Origin: Squalus acanthias | Lineage: Eukaryota | Direction of reading: 5' to 3' | Assembly (NCBI GenBank): GCA_030390025.1 | Contig: CM059443.1 | Coordinates: 50,344,001 to 50,408,000 of the forward strand | DNA: 64,000 nucleotides | In this document: piece after piece, positions 33,561-45,812 of the stretch | Layout of the letters: each line of letters begins with the position of its first letter | How positions within the stretch are numbered: position 1 is the first letter of the stretch | Notes under the pieces: generated by a model | What the model was told of the DNA's origin: nothing | The model's input: the letters and a program-made list of their open reading frames with translations, nothing else | Database searches by the model: none | Position numbers and translations under genes: made by a program

Positions 33561-34910
33561 TCAAATTTCTGCATATGCATTCTCAGCTTGTCTGAGATTC
33601 CACAGCGTGAGCGTGAATCCGTAACATCATCTCTACATGCTCCCACGTTTAGCATGGCTCCCTGTATTCTGCTCCAACACCGACACCAGCGTGATTTTCT
33701 GTTTCCCACACCAGCCGTCGCTACAGCTTCCCCATCCCCCCACCCCCGCCCGACTCACACTGGGAATTGAGTGCTGTGCTGTGAGACCATGTGTGAGAAC
33801 TGGGCTGGGCTGGACTGGGCAAAAACACATTTCGCGTCGCTATGCTGCAAGCAGTGGAGAGAGTAGACTGTCATCCAGGCATTCTGGACTGCATTCAAAG
33901 CCAGATGCCAGAGAGAAAAAGTGAAAGGGTATCGTGCTAAAACTGGCGCCAGCTTAGCACGGACTGGCACTCTGACCCAGAGAGGTCACAAGGTCAGGTG
34001 GTGTGGGAAAAGTTGTCTCTGCACCAAACCCGTGCTGTACCAGACCTGGGCCTGCTCGACACTGACACTGGGGCCTAGAAATTGGCTCCGGGTGCAGCAC
34101 ACACCGCACACACCCAATGGGGCTGGCGGCAGGAACACGGCACATTGGACCCCCGGCCTCATTAGTTTATCAGTAGCGAGTTGCAGGCTCCAGTCACGGC
34201 CCCAGAGGCAGCTCACAGGAGGAGGGAGCAGGATTGGCCGACTGGGACCTGAGCTGATTCCGGGATGGGTGGGGGGGGACAGAGGGATGAGGCAAATGGG
34301 AGGGGGACACGCGAGCGGTGTCTGGTAGTGGCTGACGGTTTTAATGTGGGGCCGGGAGGAGCACGCCTGCTTCCTCCTGATTCACATTCAGGTCAGGATT
34401 TGTTTTAAAACTTACTCTTTTGGTGGCGGCCTCCAGCGATCTCTGTAAGGACCCCTGGTTAGGCCTGGTGAGGCCGCGTGGAGACCTGGTCACCCTGAAT
34501 TCAGCAGGCCCAAGGCCGGCAGCGTTCAGGAAAAGTCAGTCTTCGGCTTGGGTCCTAGAACAAGCGGTAGGCCCCTCATTAGCATATTCAAGGTGCCTAA
34601 CGCCTGTTTCAGGCGATCGCCAGGGACGCCTCTACAGTGCCCAAACCAATAAGGCATCAGACGTGTTTCTGACGCTATTCGGGCATGGAGGGTTGGCCCC
34701 CTAAATTGGACCTTTTTTGCACCCATTATCCACCCAGAAAAACGGTGCAACGATGTCCAATTAACCCCCACCCCTGGTGTCTGCAGTGGGAAAATGTTCA
34801 ATACCCAGTGCTGACCATGATGAGTGTAAAATATAGGTATTTTTTAAATCTTGTACCACTATGAGTTTAAACAAGTTATCCGTGGCCTTTCTCCTGTTAC
34901 TCGATTATGC

Positions 34911-37511
34911 TCAGGTTTCCTCCATTTTAGCATAAATAGGATTTTCTTCCATTTTTAACGGGCCAGGTCGTGGATCATCTTCCTCCAGCTGGGACTGTGT
35001 CACCGTGTCTACCGGGCAGCCTATCAAAGAATAAATCTGCTCATTGGACAAAGCAACGGGATCCTCCTTACTGTCCTCTTTGGGCTGTGATTGGCCGCCT
35101 GGTTTGAGTTCAGTAGCTGAAGAGGTTTCAACCTGCCGTCCATGGTCCGTGTGGTCTCTGCCTAGATATTAAGAGAGGAGATCACGTTTGATGGGTTCAC
35201 TTCCAGTGGGGGACAGATAATGAAAGTGGACTGTCTCGTTACTTGAGATAAAGGTCCAGGAGCTTTAGAACAGACACAGTGTTGACTGAGAGGATTATAC
35301 TGAAAGATTGCAACGACTTACATTTTACTCCCTGGTTTTCAGTTTTGTCTCCATCACTAGGAAAACAGAAAATTAAACATGTGAATAATGAGTAACATAA
35401 GATTCAAACAATATTAAACCATTGTAAGTGGAGACTAGGTTAGGTCACTTTCTCCCCAGAGCCTGGATTTCAGTCCAGCCCAGACTGAAATTCTCTCATT
35501 CATTTTCTCTCTCTCTGTCTATCTCCCTCTGACTCTCTGATTGTCTCTCCGTCTCTCTTTCTCTCTGTCTCTTTCTCTGTCTCTCTCTCTCACTGTCTCT
35601 CTCTGCCTGTCTCTCTCTCTGTCTGTCTATCTCACTGTCTCTCTCGCTGTCTCTGTCTCTCTCCATTTTCTCTGTCTCTCTGTCTCTGTCTTTTCCCTGT
35701 CTCTAAGTCTGTCTCTCTCCCTGTCTCTCTCTGTCTGTCTATCTCACTTCTCTTTCGCTGTCTCCCTGTCTCTCTTCATTCTCTCTGCCTCTTTGTGTCT
35801 GTCATTCCCTCCCTGTCTCTATGTCTGTCTCACTATGTCTCTGTCCCTGACTCTCTCTCCCTGTCTCTCTCTCTTTCTCTCTGTCTGTCTCTCTCCCTGC
35901 CTCTCCCTTTCTCTCTCTGTCACTCTCTGTCTGTCTGTCTCTCTTACTCTGTGTTGCTCTCTCTCTGTCTCTCTCTCTTCCTATCTCTATCTCTCTTTGT
36001 CTCCCTCTCTCTCTCTCACTGTCTTTGCTGTGTGAGCAGTCCTCTCTGCAATGAGTTTTCACAGTTCCAATCCAGTTCCTTGCCTAAAACTGCGCATCAT
36101 TCAATAAAATATTTGGACTAAATTGAGCATTATGGTCAGATAAGCCAAATATTGTCCTGAGAAAGTTTAATAAAAATAACTTCACACGGGCACAGTGAAA
36201 GGAGCTATTCTGATGTTGGGATAAAGGAGCACTATCAGGTCAGAGGGCAGAGTGCTTTACACGGCCTCTAGCCATTCTATACCTGACTTAGAACTGTTCG
36301 GTTGTGAGATTGGCTGCACAGCCTGGAAATGTTTTATGCTGGATGGTGGAATAGATTAGTACGGCCCTTGATATTTTAGGATCTGCCAAGTCCAGATTAC
36401 TAGGAATAAAAGTCCTCTTTCTGTATCTCCCTGGTCTCTATCTCTGTCTGTCTCTGTCTCTTTCTCTCTAAGGGTCCTTGATGAAATGAATTTGGTCATC
36501 TTGTTCCAGTTTGTAGCTCATGTGAGCCACAGTACAAAACTACCCCAAAATTGTCACTTTCACTCAAACAGCCCATGAGTTGTGAGAAGTGAAAAGTCCG
36601 AGCTCCCTCCTGAGTTTGGAGTTGAGGAGCATTGTTGGGACAGTCCAGAGGGAGCTTTATGCTGCACCTAATCTGGAGTGCTCCAAATATGACTGTGTGG
36701 CCACAGTGGAAAAGTAACCCATTTGCAGAGTGGGCTCCCCTCACCTTCATTACATTAACAATCTCCGAACCCTCCATCCCAAAACAAACCCGTGGTCAGT
36801 GTTGAACGTTGCCGGGGCCGACAGCTGTCACTCTGCTTACCCTTTGACCATTGACTCTTCGATCAAACAGTACACATGCTCTGTAGAGTCAGACTTTGGG
36901 CCAGTGCTCTCCATTCCTTCACCAGGCCTTGGCTGGCTCGATGGCGTTGGAACTCTCGTCACCGAGTACGCAACATGCTCGTTGTCATCGCTCTGATCCC
37001 TTCTGGGAACCACAGAGTACGGGAAACCTAGACAGAAGGACGAGTAGACGATGTGTGCTTTTAGTTTCAACTCTCAAAGGGACAGGCTCGGAAGAGCTGG
37101 GCAGTAATTCTAGTCACTTACATTCAGCCACCTGTGTCAGCTGCACATCACCAGCCCTACAGTTAGCAAAGAAAAGCAACCTGTAAATGTTCCATTAAAT
37201 GAGGAAAACTATGCATAAAGTCTGCCCGAAAACTGAACGAATCCCATCCCTACCTGGGTCCTGGTGCTGAGGATCCTTCACAACACATGCCATAAGATTG
37301 GAAAGATAAATTTAAAAATCTTTGTAAGGAGTCTGCACTTACAATTTTCTAGATTTAGAGCAAACATTTTAAAGCACTTGCTTACCTTTGGCAGCTTGTC
37401 GTTTCCTGTGGATTATGCAAAGTGCCCCAACAATGCAAAGTACCCCAACAATGCAAATGATCACAACCGCACACACTATGGTTACTTTCACAGATGTGGC
37501 AGTGTCTGGAC
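34911..37511 (-). CDS. Ig-receptor copy A, TM plus cytoplasmic exons: complement(join(34911..35161,35322..35356,36841..37027,37122..37156,37254..37275,37386..37511))
   Basis: Six exons of 126, 22, 35, 187, 35 and 251 nt with GT-AG borders and matching phases (1-1-2-1-2-1) form one open frame: SPDTATSVKVTIVCAVVIICIVGVLCIVGALCIIHRKRQAAKGSSAPGPRAGDVQLTQVAECFPYSVV...VAYSVT...EHVYCLI...GDGDKTENQGVKCRDH...EQIYSLI...EENPIYAKMEET*. Confidence 0.82.
35505..36030. repeat. (CT/CTGT)n microsatellite in the copy A intron
   Basis: Direct inspection; a shorter paralogous tract lies at about 50965-51115. Confidence 0.95.
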
Positions 37512-40313
37512 CTGCAGAGGAGAAGCAACATTAAGTTCAGTCTGTGCAATCCCGTGTTATATGTACAGCTGATCACACTGGTTACCTGGGCTGAGGAACA
37601 GACATTTCCGGTTAGAATCTGGAATAGTGCAATGGCGAAGAAAGGAAATCGAACCAACTTTTAATGGGTACAAACTGGACAACTGATCTGGAATCTATTG
37701 TTGAGGCTGCCGCGAAACACGAATTAAGGCTGAATCCATGTGTGGAAAACAAGAGACTTTTTTAATACAACTGCATGGTACAAAATGGCTGAACAGACTG
37801 CTCCCAGAATTCTCTGGAAAAACCCTGAGGCCCCGCCCACTCCTGCCTTAAAGGGAATGTGCCTTAAAGGGAAGGTGATCGATATATTGTCCACGGACGG
37901 AAAAGTGGGTAATGCCCGTTTAGGTGGTGATCCGCCACACTATCAACTTTAATTTTTTTTATTCATTCATGGGATGTGGGCGTCATTGACAAGGCCAACA
38001 TTTATTGCCCATCCCTAATTGCCCTTGAGAAGGTGGTGGTGAGCCACCTTCTTGAACCGCTGCAGTCCATGTGGTGAAGGTACTCCCACAGTGCTGTTCG
38101 GGAAGGAGTCCCAGGATTTTGATCCAGCGACGATGAAGGTTCGGCGATATATTTCCAAGTCATGATGGTGTGTGACTTGGAGGGGAACTTGGAGATGATG
38201 GTGTTCCCATGCGCCTATTGCCCTGTCCTTCCAGGCGGTAGAGGTCGCGGGTTTGGGAGGTGCTGCCGAAGAAGCCTTGGCGAGTTGCTGCAGTGCATCT
38301 TGTAGCTGGTACACACTGCAGCCACGGTACGCCGGTGGTGGTGGGAGTGAATGTTTAAGATGTGGATGGGGTGCCAAACAAGCGGGCTGCTTTGTCCTGG
38401 ATGGTGTCGAGCGTCTTCAGTGTTGTTGGAGCTGCACTCATCCAGGTAAGTGGAGAGTATTCCATCACACTCCTTACTTGTGCCTTGTAGATGATGGAAA
38501 GTCTTTGGTGAGTAAGGAGGTGAGACACTCGCTGCAGAATACCCAGCCTCTGACCTACTCTTGTTGCCACAGTATTTATGTGGCTGTTCGAGTTACGTTT
38601 CTGGTCAATAGTGACCTCCAGGATGTTGATGGTGGGGGATTCAGCAATGGTAATGCCGTTGAATGTTAAGGGAAGGTGGTTAGACTCTTTCTTGTTGGAG
38701 ATGGTCATTGCCGGGCACTTATGTGGCGCGAATGTTTCCTGCCACTTATCAGCCCAAGCCTGAATGTTGTCCAGGTCTTGCTGCATGCGGGCATGGACTG
38801 CTTCATTATCTGAGGGGTTGCGAATGGAACTGACCACTGTGCAGTCATCAGCGAACATCCCCGCTTCTGACCTTATGTTGGAGGGAAGGTCATTGATGAA
38901 GCAGCTGAAGATGGTTGGGCCTAGGACACTACCCTGTGGAACTCCTGCAGTGATGTCCTGGGGCTGAGATGATTGGCCTCCAACAACCAGAACCACCTTC
39001 CTTTGTGATAGGTATGACTCCAGCCAGTGGAGAGTTTACCCCCTGATTCCATTGACTTCAATTTTACTCAGGATCCTTGATGCCACACTCGGTCAAATGC
39101 TGCCTTAATGTCAAGGGCAGTCACTCTCACCTCCCCTCTGGAATTCAGCTTTTGTCCATGTTTGGACCAAGGTTGTAATGAGGTCTGGAGCCAAGTGGTC
39201 CTTGCGGAACCCAAACTGGGCATCAGTGAGCAGTGCTGCTTAAAAGTACTATCGACAACACATTCCATCATTTTGCTGATGATTGAGAGTAGACTGATGG
39301 GGCGGGAATTGACCGTTTTGGATTTGTACTGCTTTTTGAAGACAGGACATACCTGGGCAATTTTCCACTTTGTCGGGTAGATGCCAGTGTTGTAGTTAAA
39401 CTGGAACAGCTTGGCTAGAGGTGCGGCTAGTTCTGGAGGACAAGTCTTCAGCACGACAGCCGGGATGTTGTCGGGGCCCATAGCCTTTGATGTATCCAGT
39501 GCGCTCAGACATTTCTTGATATCACATGGAGTGAATCCAATTGGCTGAAGACTGGCTTCTGTGATGGTGGGGACTGCAGGAGGAGGCCGAGATGAATCAT
39601 CCACTCACCACTTCTGGCTGAAGATGGTTGCAAACACTTCAGCCTTGTCTTTTGCACTCACATGCTGGGCTCTGACATCATTGAAATGGGGATGTGCATG
39701 GAAACTGCTCCCGTTAGTTGTTTAATGGTCCACCACTATTCACGATATGGCAGGACTGCAGAGCTTTGATCTGATCCATTGGTTGTGGGATCGCTTTACT
39801 CTGTCTATAGCATGCTGCTTCTGCTGTTTAGCATGCATGTATTGTAGCTTCACCAGGTTGGCACTTCATTTTTAGGTACGTCTGGTGCTGTTCCTGGCAT
39901 GCTCTTCTGCACTGCTCATTGAACCAGGGATGGTCCCCTGGCTTGATGTTATTGGTAGGGTGAGGGATATGTCGGCCCATGAGGTTACAGATTGTGGTGG
40001 AGTACAATTCTGCTGCTGCTGATGGTCCACAGTACCTCATGGATGTCCAGTTTTGAGCTGCTAGATCTGTTCTGAATCTATCCCATTTAGCACGGTGGTA
40101 GTGCCACACAACACGATGGAGGGTGTCCTCAGGGTGAAGACGGGTCCTTGTCTCCACAAGGACTGTGCGGTGGTCACTCTTACCAATACGGTCATGGACA
40201 GACGCATCTGCGACAGGTAGATTGGTGAGGACGAGGTCAGGTATGTTTTTCCCTCGTGTTGGTTCTTTCACAACCCGCCGCAGGCCCAGTCTGGCAGCTA
40301 TGTCCTTCAGGAC

Positions 40314-40820
40314 CTCATCTTTCACCTCATCTTTCGTTTAGGCACCCTACAGCCCTCTGGACTCAACATCGAGTTCAACAATTTCAGATCATAACCTCAG
40401 CCCCTTTCACATTTATATTTTATTTTTTCATCCACCCTTTTGTTTGGCCCCCCCTTTTTTTTCCCTCCCAGAAGCTGGCAGCTGTCCTTCATTCTGCCAG
40501 TGCATTTCACACTTCATTTAGCCTCAACCTGTTACACCAACACCTCCTCTTGCCTTGATTATCTCTTAATGTTTCTCAATGTCTCTTAATCACTCCTTTT
40601 GTTCTATCATCCCCTCCCCCTTTTCCCAGCTTTATACTTGTTTTATACTTGCTTTAAATCTATTTCATTTCCTGCTTTTTTCCAGTTCTGATGAAAGGTC
40701 TTCGACCTGAAACGTTAACTCTGTTTCTCTCTCCACGGATGCTGCCTGGCCTGCTGAGTTTTTCCAGTATTTTCTGTTGTTATTTCGGATTTCCAGCATC
40801 CGCAGTATTTTGCTATCGTA
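40314..40820 (+). mobile_element. Penelope-like 3' fragment with a 15-bp TSD
   Basis: TSD tatgtccttcaggac at 40299-40313 and 40821-40835; matches 54680-55159. Confidence 0.9.
40684..40720 (+). ncRNA. Minimal hammerhead ribozyme motif
   Basis: agtt-CTGATGA-a-aggtc-ttc-gacct-GAAA-cg-TT-aact. Confidence 0.8.
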
Positions 40821-41266
40821 TATGTCCTTCAGGACTTGGCCAGCTCCATCAGTAGCGGTGCTACCGAGCCACTTGGTGATGGATGTTGAAGTCGCCCACC
40901 CAGAGTACATTCTGTGCCCTTGCTACCCTCAGTGCTTCTTCCAAGTGGTGTTCAACGTGGAGGAGTACTGATTCATCAGTTGAGGGAGGGCGGAAGGTGG
41001 TAATCAGCAGGAGGTTTCCTTGCCCATGTTTGATCTGATGCCATGAGACCTCTTGGGGTCAGGGAGTCAATGTTGAGGACTCCAAGGGCCACTCCCTTCC
41101 GACTGTATACCACTGTGCTGCCACCTCTGATGGGTCTGTCTTGCCTGAGGGACAGGCCATACTTAGGGATGGTGATGGAGGAGCCTGGGACATTTCGTGA
41201 AAGAATTATTTATATTAAATTATTTATATTAAATGAGTCGCATTGTTTCTAGATTGTATCACTTAC

Positions 41267-41457
41267 TTTGAGTATTTGTAGGAGTTAAGCTGCTGGTCAC
41301 TGAGGAGATTCCAGATGTTGAGGTGGGGGTGTCTGAAGTCTCTGCACTCGCCTCTGTCACAGTAAGGGAGATGTATGCTGCAATCTTCCAGACACGTTTC
41401 CCTGAATCCTGACTGTGGACAGCACAGAGATACCTCCCAGTGTCCACCACATCCGCT
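41267..41457 (-). pseudogene. Copy A truncated V-set/stalk exon (3' half only)
   Basis: ADVVDTGRYLCAVHSQDSGKRVWKIAAYISLTVTEASAETSDTPTSTSGISSVTSSLTPTNTQ then donor gtaagt. Four substitutions versus 55900-56090. The 5' half is replaced by LINE sequence. Confidence 0.9.
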
Positions 41458-43033
41458 AATGAATCAGTACTTTGCCTTGTTGAACACCACTTGGAAGAAG
41501 CACTGAGAGTAGCAAGGGCACAGAATGTACTCTCGGTGGGGGACTTCAATGTCCATCACCAAGAGTGACTCGGTAGCACCACTACTGACCGAGCTGGTCG
41601 AGTCCTGAAGGACATAACTGCCAGTCTGGGCCTGCGACAGGTGGTGAGAGAACCAACACGAGGGAAAAACTTACTTGACCTCGTCCTCACCAATCTACCT
41701 GTCGCAGATGCATCTGTCCATGACAGTATTGGTAGCAGTGACCACCACACAGTCATTGTGGAGACGAAGTCCCATCTTCACACTGAGGACACCCTCCATC
41801 GTGTTGCGTGGTACTACCACCGTGCTAAATGGGATAGATTCAGAACAGATCTAGCAGCTCAAAACTGGGCATCCATGAGGCGCTGTGGGGAAGCAGCAGA
41901 ATTGTATTCGACCACAATCTGTAACCTCATGGCCCGGCATATCCCTCACTGTACCATTACCACCAAGCCAGGGGACCTACCCTGGTTCAAAAAGGAATGT
42001 AGAAGAGCATGCCAGGAGCAGCATCAGGCGTACCTAAAAATGAGGTGCCAACCTGGGGAAGCAGCAACACAGGACTACATACATGTTAAAAAACGGAAGC
42101 AGCATGCTATAGACAGGGCTAAGTGATCCCACAATCAACGGATCAGATCAAAGCTCTGCAGTCCTGCCACATCCAGTCGTGAATGGTGGTGGACAATTAA
42201 ACTACTAACTGGAGGAGGAGGCTCCATGAATATCCCCATCCTCAATGATGGTGGAGCCCAGCACGTGAGTGCAAAAGGCAAGGCTGAAGTGTTTGCAGCC
42301 ATCTTCAGCCAGAAGTGCCGAGTGGATGATCCACATCGGCCTCCTCCTGAGGTCCCCACCATCACAGAAGCCAGTCTTCAGCCAATTCGATTCACTCCAC
42401 GTGATATCAAGAAATGGCTGAGCGCAGTGGATTCAGCAAAGGCTATGGGACCTGACAACATCCCGGCTATCGTGCTGAAGACTTGTCTTCCAGAACTAGC
42501 CGCACCTCTAGCCAAGCTGGTCCAGTACAGGTACAACACTGGCATCTATCCGACAATGTGGTAAACTGCCCAGGTATGTCCTGTCCACAAAAAGCAGGAG
42601 AAATCCAATCTGGCCAATTACCGCCCCATCAGTCTACTCTCAATCATCAGCAAAGTGATGGAAGATGTCATCGACAGTGCTATTAAGTGGCACTTACTCA
42701 CCTATAACCTGCTCACTGATGCCCAGTTTGGGTTCCGCCAAGACCACTCTGCTCCCGACCTCATTACAGCCTTGGTCCAAACATGAACAAAAGAGCTGAA
42801 TTCCAGAGGTGAGGTGAGAGTGACTGCCCTTGACATCAAGGCAGCATTTGACCGAGTGTGGCATGAAGGAGCCCTAGTAAAACTGAAGTCAATGGGAATC
42901 AGGGTGAAAACTCTCCACTGGCTGGAGTCATACCTAGCACAAATGAAGATGGTTGTGGTGATTGAGGGTCAATCATCACAGTCCCAGGACATCGCTGCAG
43001 GAGTTCCTCAGGGCAGTGTCCTAGGCCCAACCA
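41455..43033 (+). mobile_element. LINE family 2 fragment (duplicate of 27845-29397)
   Basis: Paralogous ORFs 41641-43044 with the same 3' breakpoint. Confidence 0.9.
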
Positions 43034-43640
43034 TAAGAACGTAAGAAATAGGAGCAGTAGTAGGCCATTCAGCCCTTCGAGCTTGCTCCGCCATTCAATG
43101 AGATCATGGCTGCTCTTCTGCCTCAACTCCATTCACTGGCCCTATCGCCATATCCCTTGATGCCCTTACTAGTCAGAAATCTATCGACTTCTGTTTTGAA
43201 TATACCCAATGACTGAGCCTCCACAGCCCTCTGGGGTAGAGAATTCCAAAGATTCACCACCCTCTGTGTGAAGAAATTTCTTCTCATCTCAGTCCTGAAT
43301 GGCCTACCCTTTATCTTGTGGCTGTGGCCCCTGGTTCTAGACTCCCCAGCCAAGGGAAACATTCTCCCAGCATCCATCCTATCAAGCCCTGTAATAATTT
43401 TGTATGCTTCAATGAGATCCCCTCTCATTCTTCTGAATTCAAGAGAAACAGGCCTAGTTTACTCAATCTCTTCTCATACGACAGTCTCGCCATCCCAGGA
43501 ATCAATCTCGTGAACCTTCGTTGCACTCCCTCTATGGCAAGTATATCCTTCCTTAGGTAAAGAGACCAAAATTGTACACAGTACTCCAGGTGTGGTCTCA
43601 CCAAGACCCTATATAATTGGAGTAAGACTTCTTTACTGGA
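43033..43640 (-). mobile_element. CR1 3' fragment (duplicate of 29397-30000)
   Basis: ORF 43123..43428. Confidence 0.9.
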
Positions 43641-43667
43641 GTGGAGCTGTGGTCATTGTTTGGTGTG

Positions 43668-43907
43668 ATTGCCGTGATTATCTCTCTGCCGAGGTGTGAT
43701 AAAGGGCAGTTAGAAAGATTAACTGTAATCATCTGGCAGTGTTCTCTGACTATATATGCTGTGCCGAAATACATCTCTTCACTTCACCTGACGAAGGGGC
43801 AGCAGCTCCGAAAGCTTGTGATTTCAAATAAAACTGTTGGACTATAACCTGGTGTTGTGCGACTTCTCACATTTGTCCACCCCAGTCCAACACCGGCATC
43901 TCCACAT
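43668..43907 (+). mobile_element. Insertion of about 240 bp with a 15-bp TSD and hammerhead motif (Penelope-type terminal fragment, different family)
   Basis: TSD tcattgtttggtgtg on both sides; the empty site is at about 30016 in the paralogue. Confidence 0.8.
43784..43821 (+). ncRNA. Minimal hammerhead ribozyme motif (different stem sequences)
   Basis: tcac-CTGACGA-a-ggggc-agca-gctcc-GAAA-gc-TT-gtga. Confidence 0.75.
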
Positions 43908-44399
43908 CATTGTTTGGTGTGGAATTGAGGGAAGCAGAACGTCATGAGAAGATGTTAAACATTGCTCAACAGTAATTTCTATGCTGGTGGTACCTTTCTG
44001 CGGGACAACTGCAACTAATTAACCTCGAGCTGGATTTCTATTTATCACATTCAGAATTTCCTCTTTTTCAATTGTTTCTCTGACTCATGCTTCCTAAAAA
44101 AAGAGGAACGGTACAAAAACTGAACTGTTCCCAACATCATATCAGTAATCTAAACATCAATTTGTCTAAAATGCAGAATTATCTGAACCTGCTTTTCAAA
44201 CTTGCGTGTGTATATATCCCTCCCCCATGACAGTCAGTGTAATGTTGAGGGACCACTCCGAGCTGCTACAAGCTGAATGAGGGATTGGGGGTGTTGCCTG
44301 TGACGGGCTTAAGGAAATACCACAGCAACTTAATATAGTGCCTTTAACGTTGTAAAACATCCCAAGCTGCTTCACAGAGGCATAAGCAAAATGGAATCC

Positions 44400-45812
44400 A
44401 AGCTAAGGAAGGATATATTGGCCTTGGAGGGAGTGCAGCGTAGATTTGCTAGAACGATACCTGAACTCCGGGGGTTAAATTACGAGGAGCGATTACACCA
44501 ACTAGGGTTGTAGTCCCTGGAATTTAGAAGGTTAAGGGGTGATTTGATTGAAGTTTTCAAGTTATTAAGGGGAACTGATAGAGTAGATAAAGAGAAGCTA
44601 TTGCCGCTGGTTGGGGAGTCTAGGACTAGGGGGCATAGTCTAAAAAATTAGAGCCAGACCTTTCAAGAGTGAAGTTAGGAAACACTTCTATACACAAAGG
44701 GTGGTAGAAGTTTGGAACACTCTACCAAAGTGGGTAACTTCACATTTATCCACATTATATTCCATCTGCCATGTTCTCGCCCACTCACTGAGCCTGTCGA
44801 GATCCCCTTGAAGCCTCTTCACATCCTCTTCGCAACTGACACTGCCACCTAGCTTTGTGTCATCAGCAAATTTGGAAATGTTTCATTTAGTCCCCTCATC
44901 CAAATCATTGATATAGATTGTGAATAGCTGGGGCTCAAGCACCGATCCTTGCGGTACCCCACTAGTCACAGCCTGCCATCCTGAAAAAGACCCGTTTATC
45001 CCTACTCTTTGTTTTCTGTCCATTGACCAATTCTCAATCCATGCTAGTATATTACCCCCAATTCCATGTGCCCTAATTTTGTTCACCAACCTCTTGTGTG
45101 GGACCTTATCGAAGGCCTTCTGAAAATCCAGATACACCACATCTACCGGTTCCCCTTTGTCTACTCCACTAGTTACATCCTCAAAGAACTCCAATAGGTT
45201 TGTCAAACAGGATTTCCCTTCCATAAATCCATGTTGACTCTGCCCAATCTTACTATTAGTTTCTAAGTGTCCAGTTATTGCATCCTTTATAATAGATTCC
45301 AACATTTTCCCAACTACTGATGTGAGGCTAACAGGTCTGTAGTTCCCCGTTTTCTCTCTCCCTCCTTTCTTAAATAGCGGGGTTACATTTGCTATCCTCC
45401 AATCTGCAGGAACCATTCCAGAATCTATAGAATTTTGGAAGATGACAACCAATGCGTCCACTATTCCAATGGCCACCTCTTTCAAAACCCTAGGATGTAG
45501 GTCATCCGGTCCTTGGGATTTATCGACTGCTAGTACTGTTTTTTTACTAATAATAATTTGTTTAAGTTCCACATTCTCGTCACACCCTTGGTTTTCTCAT
45601 ATTTCTGGGAGGTTTTTTGTGTCTTCCTCCGTGAAGACAGAAACAAAGTATTTATTTAATTTCTCTGCCATTTCCTCATTTTCCATTATAAATTCTCTCG
45701 TCTCTGACTGTAAAGGACCTTCGCCAGTCTTTTCCTTTTCACATACCTATAGAAGCTTTTACAATCCATTTTTATATTTTTTGCTAGTTTGTGCTCATAT
45801 TCCATTTTCCCT
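44400..45812 (-). mobile_element. Rearranged CR1 (duplicate of the 30880-31990 piece)
   Basis: ORF 44883..45572. Confidence 0.85.

Larger units (their letters stand above)
37955..41190 (-). mobile_element. LINE family 2, near-complete decayed ORF, in the copy A intron between the Ig and TM exons
   Basis: ORFs 38015-40325 carry APE/RT motifs; 3' tail (attc)n plus poly-T at about 37955-37970. Confidence 0.9.
27845..41457. repeat. Tandem segmental duplication unit A (paralogous to about 41455-56090)
   Basis: Collinear matches: 27845-31990 with 41455-45527; 32600-33325 with 47035-50310 (with insertions); 35130-35425 with 50635-50930; 37380-37700 with 55530-55840; 41250-41457 with 55880-56090. 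Confidence 0.92.

Noticed and set aside
35541-36121. Ser/Leu-rich and Arg/Glu-rich ORFs
   Set aside because: Translations of the CT microsatellite.
34911-37027. Canonical ITIM or ITAM calls in the copy A tail
   Set aside because: The Y-2 or Y+3 residues do not fit I/V/L/SxYxxL/V strictly and the spacing is not ITAM-like; reported only as tyrosine motifs.
41259-41549. 96-aa ORF suggesting a LINE-Ig fusion protein
   Set aside because: Chance read-through from antisense LINE sequence across the deletion junction; no leader or promoter evidence.
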